A stretch of 64,000 nt of DNA from NCBI GenBank assembly GCA_032161105.1, contig JAVHTD010000008.1, one strand, 5' to 3'. A model generated the notes under the pieces. That model saw nothing but the letters and a program-made list of their open reading frames with translations, had not been told where the DNA came from and ran no database searches. This document shows, one piece after another, positions 51,055 to 61,642 of this stretch. The number at the start of each line of letters is the position of its first letter. Within the stretch, counting starts at the first letter, position 1. This DNA comes from Candidatus Thermosaccharophagus tengchongensis (GTDB lineage Bacteria > Armatimonadota > Fervidibacteria > Fervidibacterales > Thermosaccharophagaceae). A program made the position numbers and the translations under genes.

Positions 51055-53853
51055 ATGGCAAGATGGCGCATATTCATTCTGGTTGCCATTTTGGCGCTGC
51101 TCTTCATCTCGGCAAAGCACATTGCCTACTTCTGGACGGAGTATCTCTGGTTTGCGAGCTTGGGTTACAGATTCGTCTTCATCAGGCGGCTTGTGGCGCA
51201 ATTCTCCGTTGGGGCTGTCACATGGCTGTTATTTACCGCCATCGTCTTCGCAAATGTGCTCATCGCATACAGGTTAGCCGGCATACACAGGATGAGGATG
51301 CTGCTGAGGCAAGCGCTTCATCCAGCTGTTGTTAGTTGGATTGAGAGGGTAATGGTGGCGTTATTGCTTGTGGCAGTTTGCGTCATAGGGTTGAGCGTTG
51401 CAGCGCTCGCCGGACGAGAGTGGGAGACGGTCCTGAAGTTCATCTACGCCGTCCCTTTCAAGCTCAGAGATCCAATACTGAGGCAGGATGTCTCAACATA
51501 TGTATTCGGGTTGCCGTTTTACAACCTGCTCTACAGGTTCCTTCTCATGACCCTGCTCGTGGCGCTCATCGCAACACTCTCCATGTATCTCGCCTCATCG
51601 GCAATTGAGCTGATTTCCCATCGCCGTTACATCGCACCATATGTGAGAAGCCACATAAGTTGCCTCCTTTCAGGTTTGCTCATAGTCAAGGCTTTCGGTT
51701 ACAGGTTGGACATGTTCAAGTTGCTTTTTGACTACGGTGCTGCTGGCGCAATCCCTTCCGCTGTTTGGGGGGCTGGCTATACCGATGTCTATGTGCGCCT
51801 ACCTGTGCTTTATGTGATGATGGCATTAGCAGTGCTCGGCGCCGTGCTGCTTCTGCTTAATGCCTACTGGAAGGCGATCAGGCTCATCGTTTACACAGCT
51901 GTGCTCATATTCGGGGCTTCATTCATTGCCGGCGTTGTGCTCCCCGGTATGGTCCAGAATTTCATCGTCAAGCCAAACGAGCTTGTGATGGAGCGAAAGT
52001 TTATATCGCACAACATCAAGTTCACGCTAACCGCGTATGGTCTCAATGGCGTGGCTATAACGGACTACCCGATAAGGGAGGAAGTCACGGATAAGTTGAT
52101 TGAAGCCAACATTGACACGATCCAGAATGTGCGCTTGTGGGATTACAGACCGCTTAAGCAAGTTTACGACCAGCTTCAGGAAATCAGGTTCTACTACGAC
52201 TTCAATGATGTTGACATTGACCGCTATTACATCAACGGGAGATACCAGCAAGTGATGATTGCAGCTCGTGAACTAAACTACAACCTTCTGCCTTCCGGAG
52301 CAAAGAGATGGATAAGCTTGCGCCTTCAATACACGCATGGATACGGAGTTTGCATGAGTCCAGTGAGCGAGAGCGAGCCAAACGGCATGCCAAAGTTTTA
52401 TCTGAAGGATATACCACCAAAGTGGTTCGGGCCGGGGGAGCAGCCGAAGGATTTGAAGATAGAGCGCCCCGAAATTTACTTCGGCGAGCTGGATCTGCCA
52501 TACATCATCGTCAGGACGAAGCAGCCGGAAATTGACTATCCGAGAGGGACAAGGGCATTCAAGATGTGCAAATATCACGGGAGGGATGGCGTCCGCATTG
52601 GCTCCATATTGAGGCGAATCCTATTCGCTCTAAGATTTAACGACCCAAACATTCTCCTCTCGCGGCTCATAACGAAAGAGAGCCGCATACTTTACTACAG
52701 GCAGATAGTGCAGCGCATAAAGCGCATAGCGCCGTTTCTCTCTTACGATAACGACCCATACATCGTCATTGCCGATGGAAGGCTGTTTTGGATCGTTGAT
52801 GCATACACTCACAGTCACCTGTTTCCGTATTCCGAGCCCGTCAAGTGGGGTAACAGCCACATCAACTACATCCGCAATTCGGTTAAAGTGGTTGTTGACG
52901 CATACAATGGTGATGTGCGCTTTTACATCGTTGACCCAAGCGACCCACTCGTGCGCACTTACGCATCCATCTTCCCAAAGCTCTTCAAGCCATTGGACGA
53001 GATGCCGAAAAAGCTCAGGGAACATATCCGCTACCCGGTTGACTTGTTCTGGGTGCAAGCTAACATCTATTGCAAATACCACATGACAGCGCCAGAGCAG
53101 TTTTACAACCGTGAGGATGAGTGGGAGATAGCTTACGAACTTTTCGGCTCGTCTGGTGGTGCAGCATCAATTACGAAGAACAAGCAGCGCGTGGAGCCAT
53201 ATTATGTCGTCATGCGCCCGCCTGGGTCTGAAAGGATTGAATTCGTGTTAATGCTCCCATTCACGCCCACGAAGAAGGACAACATGATTGCGTGGATGGC
53301 TGCATTCTGCGACATGCCGCGCTATGGCAATATAATCGTGTTTCGCTTCCCCACAACGCAGCTCATTCAAGGTCCGATGCAAATTGAGGCGCGCATAGAC
53401 CAGCACCCTGAGATAAGCCCATACCTTTCGCTATGGCAGCAGCGAGGCTCAGATGTCATCAGGGGCAACTTGCTCGTGATCCCGATGGACAATTCGCTGC
53501 TCTATGTTGAGCCGATATACCTTCGCGCGGAGCAGTCTGAAATACCGCAGCTTGCGAGGGTCATCGTGGCATCGCAAAGCAGGCTTGCTATGGGGATAAC
53601 TTTAGACAACGCCGTTGAGAAGTTGTTGGGTGGGGGAGGTGTCGCAGCGTCATTATCGGGTGAGCAAGTGGTGGAACAGTTACGCCATCAAGCAAAAGCA
53701 GATGCAGCGGAATTAGTGAGACAGCTTTCCGATGAGTTTAATTCCCTCTCGAGGAGCGTCAAGGAGGGAAGGTGGGGCGAATTCGGGCAACGCCTTGAGA
53801 ACTTGGGCAAGTTGATTGAGCGGTTGAAGGAGAGCATGGGCATAAAGGAGTGA
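51055..53853 (+). CDS. UPF0182-family membrane protein
   Basis: LWF.SLGY, DPI...DVS.YVF.LP, VKPNEL..E, NVRLWD, YTHGYG, NYIRNSVK, GNLLVIP. Confidence 0.92.
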   Translation: MARWRIFILVAILALLFISAKHIAYFWTEYLWFASLGYRFVFIRRLVAQFSVGAVTWLLFTAIVFANVLIAYRLAGIHRMRMLLRQALHPAVVSWIERVMVALLLVAVCVIGLSVAALAGREWETVLKFIYAVPFKLRDPILRQDVSTYVFGLPFYNLLYRFLLMTLLVALIATLSMYLASSAIELISHRRYIAPYVRSHISCLLSGLLIVKAFGYRLDMFKLLFDYGAAGAIPSAVWGAGYTDVYVRLPVLYVMMALAVLGAVLLLLNAYWKAIRLIVYTAVLIFGASFIAGVVLPGMVQNFIVKPNELVMERKFISHNIKFTLTAYGLNGVAITDYPIREEVTDKLIEANIDTIQNVRLWDYRPLKQVYDQLQEIRFYYDFNDVDIDRYYINGRYQQVMIAARELNYNLLPSGAKRWISLRLQYTHGYGVCMSPVSESEPNGMPKFYLKDIPPKWFGPGEQPKDLKIERPEIYFGELDLPYIIVRTKQPEIDYPRGTRAFKMCKYHGRDGVRIGSILRRILFALRFNDPNILLSRLITKESRILYYRQIVQRIKRIAPFLSYDNDPYIVIADGRLFWIVDAYTHSHLFPYSEPVKWGNSHINYIRNSVKVVVDAYNGDVRFYIVDPSDPLVRTYASIFPKLFKPLDEMPKKLREHIRYPVDLFWVQANIYCKYHMTAPEQFYNREDEWEIAYELFGSSGGAASITKNKQRVEPYYVVMRPPGSERIEFVLMLPFTPTKKDNMIAWMAAFCDMPRYGNIIVFRFPTTQLIQGPMQIEARIDQHPEISPYLSLWQQRGSDVIRGNLLVIPMDNSLLYVEPIYLRAEQSEIPQLARVIVASQSRLAMGITLDNAVEKLLGGGGVAASLSGEQVVEQLRHQAKADAAELVRQLSDEFNSLSRSVKEGRWGEFGQRLENLGKLIERLKESMGIKE

Positions 53854-54065
53854 GGGTGATTCGGTGGGCGATGAGGGGAGATTTTTCAGGCGGATGAGAT
53901 GCCGTGAGCAAGTCCGATGGCACAAACTGCCATCAAGCCCCGTTGGCGAGTTTTTGTCCCTTCAGTGTGGGGGTCAAAAGTGTGCGCAGCGATTCTGCGG
54001 GTTGCTCTTTCATAGCTTTGCATAACGCTGCTGACACTGCATTTCCAACTCGGGGGTAGCGTTAT

Positions 54066-54701
54066 ATGGGTTCATTTGAAGTCACAGTGATTGATTATGG
54101 TGCAGGTAACCTGATGAGCATTGTGAAGGCTTTTGAGGCGCTCGGTTGCAAGGTCATTCTCACGGGAGACCGCAACGAGGTTGCAAGCTCAAGATGCCTC
54201 GTCCTCCCAGGAGTTGGAGCATTTGGTTCGGGCATGGTGAAACTTCGTGAGAAGGGATTGGAGGAGGCTATCAAAGAGGCGTTCATGATGGGTGTGCCAA
54301 TGTTGGGTGTATGCCTCGGGATGCAGCTGATGGTGAGTGTAGGTGAGGAGCACGGAATACACGAAGGGCTGGGATTAATAAGCGGGCGCGTCACTCCATT
54401 GCCGAGGTCAAGCGGGTTGAAGATACCACACATGGGATGGAATGAGTTGAACATATTGGAGAGCTACCCCCTGTTTGTTGGTTTGCCGAGGCGTCCCATG
54501 GTTTACTTTGTCCATTCGTTTCACATTGTTGTTGAAGACCCATCTTTGATCACTGCCACGGCATGCCATGGGATTGAGTTCGTCTCAGCTATACGGTGGA
54601 TGAACTTGTGCGGGACACAGTTCCATCCAGAGAAGAGCGGGCGCATTGGATTGGCTATACTGCGCAACTTCATTGAATTCGCGAAGGAGCATTCAAAGTG
54701 A
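54066..54701 (+). CDS. hisH: Imidazole glycerol phosphate synthase amidotransferase subunit
   Basis: DYGAGNL, LPGVGAF, GVCLGMQL, IPHMGWN, YFVHSF, QFHPEKS. Confidence 0.96.
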   Translation: MGSFEVTVIDYGAGNLMSIVKAFEALGCKVILTGDRNEVASSRCLVLPGVGAFGSGMVKLREKGLEEAIKEAFMMGVPMLGVCLGMQLMVSVGEEHGIHEGLGLISGRVTPLPRSSGLKIPHMGWNELNILESYPLFVGLPRRPMVYFVHSFHIVVEDPSLITATACHGIEFVSAIRWMNLCGTQFHPEKSGRIGLAILRNFIEFAKEHSK

Positions 54702-54707
54702 GGTAGC

Positions 54708-55841
54708 ATGAATACGGAATTGCTCACACAGCGCTTGCTGGCAAGGGCTGAGGAACTCGGGTTTGACATAGTCGGCATCGTGCGCCCAATAGATGCGCAG
54801 ACATATGGGCATTTTGAGAGGTGGATTGAGCTCGGTTATGCGGGCGAGATGGAATACATGGTGCGCACAAAACATCTGCGCAAGAACCCAAAGGCACTAA
54901 TGGAAGAGTGCAAGTCAGTGGTCGTCGTTGGCGTCGGCTATGCTGCTAATGAAGAGCCTTCTCATGATGAGTCCGAGGTGACTGGCAGAATATCGCTGTA
55001 TGCATGCAGGCAAGACTACCACGATGTAATCAAAGCCAAATTGAGGGAGCTGCGCGACTGGCTAAGGGCGAATGTGCGTTTGGCTAAGGTGAAGATTTGC
55101 GTTGACAGCTCACCGATACTTGAGCGTGAGCTCGCTGTAAGGGCTGGCTTTGGATGGTTTGGGAAAAACACGAATGTGATTAACAGGCGCTTTGGCTCTT
55201 ACTTTTTCATCGGCGAGCTGCTCACTGATGTTGAACTTGAGCCAACTGAAGCGCTTGAGCGAGATAGGTGCGGGAAATGCACCATGTGCATTGATGCCTG
55301 CCCAACTGGCGCGCTCGTTTCACCGAGGGTGCTTGATGCGCGCCGCTGCATTTCCTATTTGACGATTGAGCATCGTAGTGCCATTCAGTTTGAATTGCGG
55401 GAGCGAATTGGCAGATGGATTTTTGGGTGCGATATCTGCCAACAAGTTTGCCCGTGGAATGGCAAGGCAAAGGGTGGAGCAATGGTGGACAACGAGTTAA
55501 AGCCATCCTACGAGTTGTTGAGACCGAACTTGATTGAGCTGCTCTCAGACAGAGAGTTTAATCGGCGTTTTGCGTGCACACCGATTTTGCGCATTGGCAG
55601 GGCGCGCTTTTTGCGCAATGTCGCTGTCGCGCTTGGAAATGCGAGGAGTGAATGCGCTGTGGAGCAGCTTGCAAAGTTGCTTCAGAGCGATGAGGACTCG
55701 CTTGTGCGCTCCCATGTAGCATGGGCACTTGGAAGGATCGGGAGCAAATCAGCTCGTATGGTCCTTGAACATGCGTGGAGGGGTGAAGGGGATGAGCGTG
55801 TAAGGGAGGAGATTAAATATGCGCTTCAGCTCACTCAATGA
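54708..55841 (+). CDS. queG: tRNA epoxyqueuosine reductase QueG with C-terminal HEAT repeats
   Basis: DYHDV, VDSSPILER, CGKCTMCIDACPT, RCISYLTIE, FGCDICQQVCPWN. Confidence 0.95.
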   Translation: MNTELLTQRLLARAEELGFDIVGIVRPIDAQTYGHFERWIELGYAGEMEYMVRTKHLRKNPKALMEECKSVVVVGVGYAANEEPSHDESEVTGRISLYACRQDYHDVIKAKLRELRDWLRANVRLAKVKICVDSSPILERELAVRAGFGWFGKNTNVINRRFGSYFFIGELLTDVELEPTEALERDRCGKCTMCIDACPTGALVSPRVLDARRCISYLTIEHRSAIQFELRERIGRWIFGCDICQQVCPWNGKAKGGAMVDNELKPSYELLRPNLIELLSDREFNRRFACTPILRIGRARFLRNVAVALGNARSECAVEQLAKLLQSDEDSLVRSHVAWALGRIGSKSARMVLEHAWRGEGDERVREEIKYALQLTQ

Positions 55842-55883
55842 GCAGCGTTAGGCAAGAAGGCGCATTCAAAGGGGGAGAGAAGC

Positions 55884-56561
55884 ATGGCTGTGACGAGGAA
55901 GTCATTTGACATGCAGCTGAAGGAAATGCATGAGAAGGTCTCAACGATGGGTTACTTCGTCGTGAACATGCTCACTGAGGCGCTTAATGCCGTCCTCAAC
56001 AAGGATTTGGAGCTCGCACAGCGGGTCATCGCTATGGATGACAGGGTTGATGAAATGGACTTGGAGATTGAGAACATGTGCCTGCAGATGCTCGCAAGAC
56101 AACAGCCGTTGGGTAGCGACTTGCGCCTAATAGCAGCAACGCTGAAGGTGATTAGCGACATTGAGCGCATCGGAGACTATGCCGAGGATATAGCGAAGAT
56201 AACGCCCGTCATGGTCGGAAAGGATGTGGGCGAGCTGCTCAAAGACATACCGCGACTCGGTCAGATGGCGATGGGCATGATACGAAATGCTGTTGAGGCT
56301 TTCACAAATGTGGATGTGGGACTTGCGCATCAGGTGTGTAGGGATGATGTGCCTGTTGACATACTCTTTCGCCAAATTCTGTCATCCACGATAGCGCACA
56401 TCCAGTCCAATCCGCAGGACGCCGAAATTGGCGTTTACACGATATTGCTTGCGCGAAGACTTGAGCGCACTGCAGACCACGCAACCAACATAGCCGAACG
56501 AGTCCATTACCTCGTGACTGGGAAGCTCGTCCAGCTCGCAAAATTCTATCGTGAGTTTTGA
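55884..56561 (+). CDS. phoU: Phosphate signalling protein PhoU
   Basis: QQPLGSDLR, DIERIGDYA, LERTADHATNIAE. Confidence 0.95.
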   Translation: MAVTRKSFDMQLKEMHEKVSTMGYFVVNMLTEALNAVLNKDLELAQRVIAMDDRVDEMDLEIENMCLQMLARQQPLGSDLRLIAATLKVISDIERIGDYAEDIAKITPVMVGKDVGELLKDIPRLGQMAMGMIRNAVEAFTNVDVGLAHQVCRDDVPVDILFRQILSSTIAHIQSNPQDAEIGVYTILLARRLERTADHATNIAERVHYLVTGKLVQLAKFYREF

Positions 56562-57070
56562 TGGCTCAAATGCATCAAGTGAGCAGTTGAAGTTTGGTTC
56601 ACAGGTGGAGGGCAGTTGTGCTCACTTCGGATTTAGCAGGTAAGCTCACTGGGTCGTGGCTTACCGATGGTGGCATGCATTGCGCTTTGCGATTTTACAA
56701 ACGGACACAGCGCGCTGCAATGAAAGCAGTAAAGTGAAGGTGGCTTCTGGCGCATGAAGGAGTGATGTGAAGCAACCGCGGTATGGTGTGGTAAGGGGAA
56801 AGAAAACTAAAAGGACATGCAAGCCCGCTGTAAAGCCCCTTTAAGTTTTCGCCTCCTGCACCAAATCCGAAGGAGCTCAAGGTAGAGATAGTGCCATTGA
56901 CGAGTAGAGTGAAGATGCCCGTTTCAGGGCGAATGGCAGTTAGCTTAATGCTTAAACAGGGCACGAGTCAGGGGAAGATGGACAGCGGTGATGACCGAGG
57001 CGAATAGGTAATTGCCTCTGAACCTTCTCTCCCACACTCTGCCCCAAAACCCAAAATGGAGGTGCTCACT

Positions 57071-59630
57071 ATGCTTCGTAGGAGGTTCTCCAGTGTTGGA
57101 CGAAGCCTATTAAGGGTAAAGAGGCGTTCATTTTCGTTTGTGTTAGGGCTTAGTGCAACCCTCGTTCTATCTGTGTTCGTTGCTGGATGCGGGGGGTGGT
57201 GGAAAAGGTGGTGTAACGCCTCCTTCGGTAGACACCTCGGCTGATGTCTTGGTTGAAAAGCGCTCAGTAGAAATTGATCCCCAGAAAGGTGGTCAAGTGT
57301 CACTGTCTAATGGTGCCACTTTGACAGTTCCTCAGGGAGCATTCCCAACAAAGGTCACTGTGACGCTCAGCCTTTTGAACAAACCCAAGTATTTCGGCGA
57401 GTCTGCAGTTGCATACGATATACAAGGACTTGGCTCGCTCACTGGCACCGCCAAATTGAGCGTTCCTGTGGGGAAAAGTGAAAAGCCCAAGGAAGAGGTC
57501 GGCATCTTCATCTACGACGAAACTCCGATTGCAGGTGAGCCTTTCCAAGTGAAGGAGTTGGATTTTGAGTATGATGCAACCACTGAGAAAGCAACCGTTG
57601 ACATTGCACCACCGTCAAAGCAACCACGAAGCCGTATTCTTGAGCGTCTTCGGATTTTGGTTCAACTGGAACCATACTACTCGGCGAAGGGTGAAGAAAA
57701 ACTTTTGCCCGTGCCTTATTATGAGCAGGCTGGTAACAGTTGCTGGGCGGGAGCAACCTTAATGCTCGTCCGTGCTTTCAATCCTGAGCCACCAGGATTT
57801 CATATCGGCAGAATTTTGACTTATGTAGGAGTTAGCGACGATGACTTCGGTATCGGCACTTTGGCTTTCCAAACGACACTGCTTAAATATCTCGCTATAC
57901 ATAGCAAAGCAACTGTCAAGTGGCGTGGATATGCAAGTCCTGCCACCTTAAAGTTTCGCATGTTAAGGGAATTGGATGCAGGTCACCCGCTCATCTTGAG
58001 GATGGCAGGTCATGTGGTTTTGGTTGTTGGCTATCGTGACTTCGGAAGGAAATTCATTCTTCATGACCCTAAAGGGTTTACTCCGCCAAATGACACTGAT
58101 GGCGGGGCATACACTGTGCGTGACCTTGAATGGATTCACAATCAGCGACCTCACCCTTTGGTTGCCCTTCAAGTAGCGTGGGTTGAGGCTGCATTGCCTT
58201 CAAACAGGACGCTACAGACAGTTGGGTGTCCTGGGGCAGATGAAAAGGGACCTACATTGCGCAACGAAATGATGTTCCACCGAATCGAACTTGATACGGG
58301 TCGTGAAAAACCCTATGGTTACTTGCAATTTCGCCCTTCCGCTGTGTGGGGCTATGCATGGTTAACCGTGAGAGGGCAAAATCCAATTTCGGAAATGCCA
58401 AGCGAAACCACGAAACTGAGCGTGAAAGTCCCTGTTTGGAATGCTGCACGGGAACCAGCATCAGTGAAGGTGAAGGTTTCTCTCTACACAGGTAGCACTT
58501 GCCTTAAAACATGGGAGTCAGCCACTCTGGATTTGCCTTCGGCTACGGACAACAACACTGTGAAGAGAGAAGTCGCAACAGACATAGAGTTAGGACCGCC
58601 CGGCACAGATGGAGTGCGCCGTTATGACCTTGCGGATGCCAACGGCATCCAAAAAGTGAACATTGATGTGCGCTTATTAGGGACGGATGGCAGTTATAGG
58701 GACAGTTTTTACTTGGATGTGAAACTTTCACTTCGTCCGGTGATCAGCAAGGTGGAACCAACCAAGGTAGCAGCGGGCAGTGACATCACCATCAATGGCG
58801 CTTGCTTTGGCGACAAAAAGTCAACCCAAGGTGGGGTGTTGCTCAATGGCAAGGCTTTGCAAATCATATCTTGGTCCGATAGAAAGATTGTGGCGAAAGC
58901 CCCAGACTACGCAACTTCTGGTGACCTTGTAGTTACCACAGGTGAACGCTACCGCTATATGAGCAACCGTATATCGTTGACTGTTATGACAACATCAACA
59001 GTTAAAAAGCCCATCAAAGACACATGGGATTACAACCTTCGTGAGTTTGACAGGACACTCTATGACGAGAATTGGAATCCTGTCGGGGAGATAAAGTTTG
59101 ATGTCAAAGCGAAGTTCAGCATGGAAGGCGAAATAGAAGCACCCGCTGGAAGCGAATTCACGGAAGAAGATAATCCCGCTTACGGGTGGAAGGCATACAA
59201 TGTCAAAATTCCCGAGTCAATCACACCTGTCAAAGTCATTACCACGATTAGAGGCTTGACCGCTTCAAACAGTTTCATTGAGCCAGAAAGTGGCTTCAAA
59301 GATAATGGCGCTCCACCAGGTAGCGACGGCTACGGATATGTCAAATACTCGGTAAAAAGGTATGAACTGGTTGCCAAAGGACCCAACGGTCAACCTATTG
59401 ACCCAAGCATCTGCACCATCAACATAACCGAACCCAACAAGGGAATTTACCGTGTGGAGTTTGAGGTTGACGCCACCAAACTTTATTCACCTGGGACAGC
59501 ATATAGGGTGACACTTGAGTTGTGGTATTATTACGACGATGAGGTTAAACATCCCAATGGGAAGCCAGCAAGTATGCGCAGCAATGTTGGGAGAATTCTC
59601 CGAACCTTCCACTTTCACATCTACAGGTAG
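57071..59630 (+). CDS. Lipoprotein with ZU5-like, papain-like (C39-type) peptidase and IPT/TIG domains; frameshifted at G6 (57191-57196)
   Basis: GGAGGT RBS, then MLRRR...VFVAG|C lipobox in one frame. The mature 800-aa region (YEQAGNSCWA, GHVVLVVGY, LHDP; IPT P.I..V.P....G.ITI.G..FG) is in another frame and is restored by deleting one G. Confidence 0.75.
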
Positions 59631-59802
59631 TAGGGTGGTGAAGCGGTGCGTTGAAAGGCAGCAACGGACAAAGCCCGAGCACTTTTGTGGGCGCAATTTG
59701 TGTATCTTTATAGGCTAAAAATGTCTGGCTTTGTAGAAATCCCTTGCGTTTGCGAGGAAAAATCCATGCTATGGGCTTTATCTCTCAGCCATTGAAAGTT
59801 TC

Positions 59803-60488
59803 GGAGGGCGCTGCTCCTGCGGCTTTTAGGGCTTCGCGGGAGCCTCGCCCTCCCAAAAATTGAATTTCTTGCCTCATTAACTTCTCTCACCGAGGCTATC
59901 ATCATTCACGATTAAGTCCCATTGATGAGTTAGTTGAGGATCGCTTTTGACTTTAATTTTTCGCCAAATGAATTCGGAGTTTGTTTCCTTCGTCAACGAC
60001 CACTGGCTAAAACTAATGGCATGAGTAAATGTTTCGTATGGGCGGATGAAAATCCGCCCGCTTCTTTTCGGGCGCATTTCATGCGCCCCTACACACATCT
60101 CATTTCGTGCACCCATGCAACACATTTTCTTCGGCACTCACTATGAGCCTCTTTTGTTCGTAGTAAGCCACGAAACGAAAGTGGAGTGGCGTTTCTGTTT
60201 TTCACGGCACTTCGCTAACGCTTCGTGCCTTACTACGAACTTTTTGCCCTTCGCAGTGAACCACAAAGTTGGTGCAGTAATGCACTCCATTCTGTGGCTT
60301 TAGCCCAAAGTTGATAATGAAATTTTCATATGGTCGGATAAAAATCCGCCCGCTTTTTCGGGCGCATTTCATGCGCCCCTACAGGGCAAATGTAGGAGCG
60401 GCTTTAGCCACGAACCAAAGGAAAACGAAATCAAAAAGAAAGTTCTACAAACTTCCCTTGTTCGTAGTAAGCCACGAAGCGAAGTGGC
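59803..60488. repeat. Cluster of REP/MITE-like palindromic elements
   Basis: GGAGGGCG..CGCCCTCC (59803-59853); two copies of GGCGGAT.AAAATCCGCCC..GGGCGCATTTCATGCGCCCCTAC (about 60036-60092 and 60328-60382); GTTCGTAGTAAGCCACGAA at 60156 and 60460 with an inverted copy at 60222-60240; GTAGGAGCGGCTTTAGCC at 60392. Confidence 0.8.
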
Positions 60489-60621
60489 ATTTTTGTTCTC
60501 TCGTAGGCTCAATCTCAAAATCAAAAGTGGGTGAAATAGTAATTTTTGCCCACCAGTTCGGGGTATGATGGCTTCGTTGATGAGCAAGTGCGGTTAGAAT
60601 ACGGCGGGGTTGAGCGGGCTG

Positions 60622-61641
60622 TCAGGTGGAAGTAGCATTATATTTTTGTGTCTTTTTTGAAGCATGAGTGCAAAATTGTGTTTTAAACCATGCAATAGTG
60701 CGTTTCAGACCTTCCTCTAAAGGGATAAGCGGAGCATAGCCCAACTTTTCCCGTGCCTTTGTGATATCAGCCAGAGAATGGCGAACATCGCCTGGGCGAG
60801 GTGAAGTGTAGATTGGCTCAATACCACTCTTGCCAATTATTTGGCAAATAATTCGGAAAAGTTCGTTGACCGATGTTTGCTTTCCAGCTCCAACATTAAA
60901 GACCTCGCCAGCAACACCTTCTGCCGTTGCCGCCAACAAATTAGCGTGAATGCAATTGTCTATGAAGGTGAAATCTCGTGTTTGTTCACCGTCGCCATAA
61001 ATTGTTGGTCGCTCTCCTCTCAATATGGCTGTTATAAACCGAGGGATGACAGCGGCATACTGAGAAGTTGGGTCTTGCCTTGGACCAAAAATGTTGAAGT
61101 AGCGCAAGCTGACCGTCTCCAAGCCATATAATTGCCAAAATAATCGGCAAATGTGCTCACCAAAAAGTTTGCTCAAAGCGTAAGGAGATTGAGGAGAAGG
61201 CGGCATGTCTTCTCGCTTTGGCAAGGTTGGTGTGTCACCATAAACCGAAGACGATGAGGCAAACACAAAACGCTTTACTTTTGCCCTATAAGCACCCAAA
61301 AGCAGGAGGAGAGTCCCTGTTGCATTAACGCGATGGGTTGTTAATGGGTCTTTCACCGAGCGCGCAACAGATGGTAGGGCTCCTTGATGGAAGACAATAT
61401 CCACTCCCTGCACCGCTTTTTTGATAACCCTTGCATCTGTTATGCTGCCCTTTATCAGCTCCACATGCCCTATCAGGTGTGCAATGTTCCCAATTTTACC
61501 CGTGGAAAAGTCGTCCAAGATGCGCACTTTTGCCCCTAATGACACCAAACGGTCAGCGAGGTGTGAGCCGATAAATCCAGCCCCGCCTGTAATTAAAACG
61601 CCAACACCATTCCATCCATGTTCCGAGGCGAAATCGCCCAT
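60622..61641 (-). CDS. NAD-dependent UDP-sugar 4-epimerase (WbpP/TviC-like SDR)
   Basis: ITGGAGFIGSH, FHQGALPSV.RS, ASSSSVYG, SPYALSK, LRYFN.FGPRQDP.S.YAAVIP. Confidence 0.9.
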   Translation of the reverse strand: MGDFASEHGWNGVGVLITGGAGFIGSHLADRLVSLGAKVRILDDFSTGKIGNIAHLIGHVELIKGSITDARVIKKAVQGVDIVFHQGALPSVARSVKDPLTTHRVNATGTLLLLLGAYRAKVKRFVFASSSSVYGDTPTLPKREDMPPSPQSPYALSKLFGEHICRLFWQLYGLETVSLRYFNIFGPRQDPTSQYAAVIPRFITAILRGERPTIYGDGEQTRDFTFIDNCIHANLLAATAEGVAGEVFNVGAGKQTSVNELFRIICQIIGKSGIEPIYTSPRPGDVRHSLADITKAREKLGYAPLIPLEEGLKRTIAWFKTQFCTHASKKTQKYNATST

Positions 61642-61642
61642 T

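Noticed and set aside
56740..57008. Possible gene remnant or ncRNA between phoU and the lipoprotein gene
   Set aside because: A protein-like stretch with internal stops exists, but no family or stable structure could be supported.
57153..57196. ORF-track N-terminus (MQPSFYLC...) of the 825-aa protein
   Set aside because: No RBS or signal; the real N-terminus is the lipoprotein signal in the other frame from 57071.
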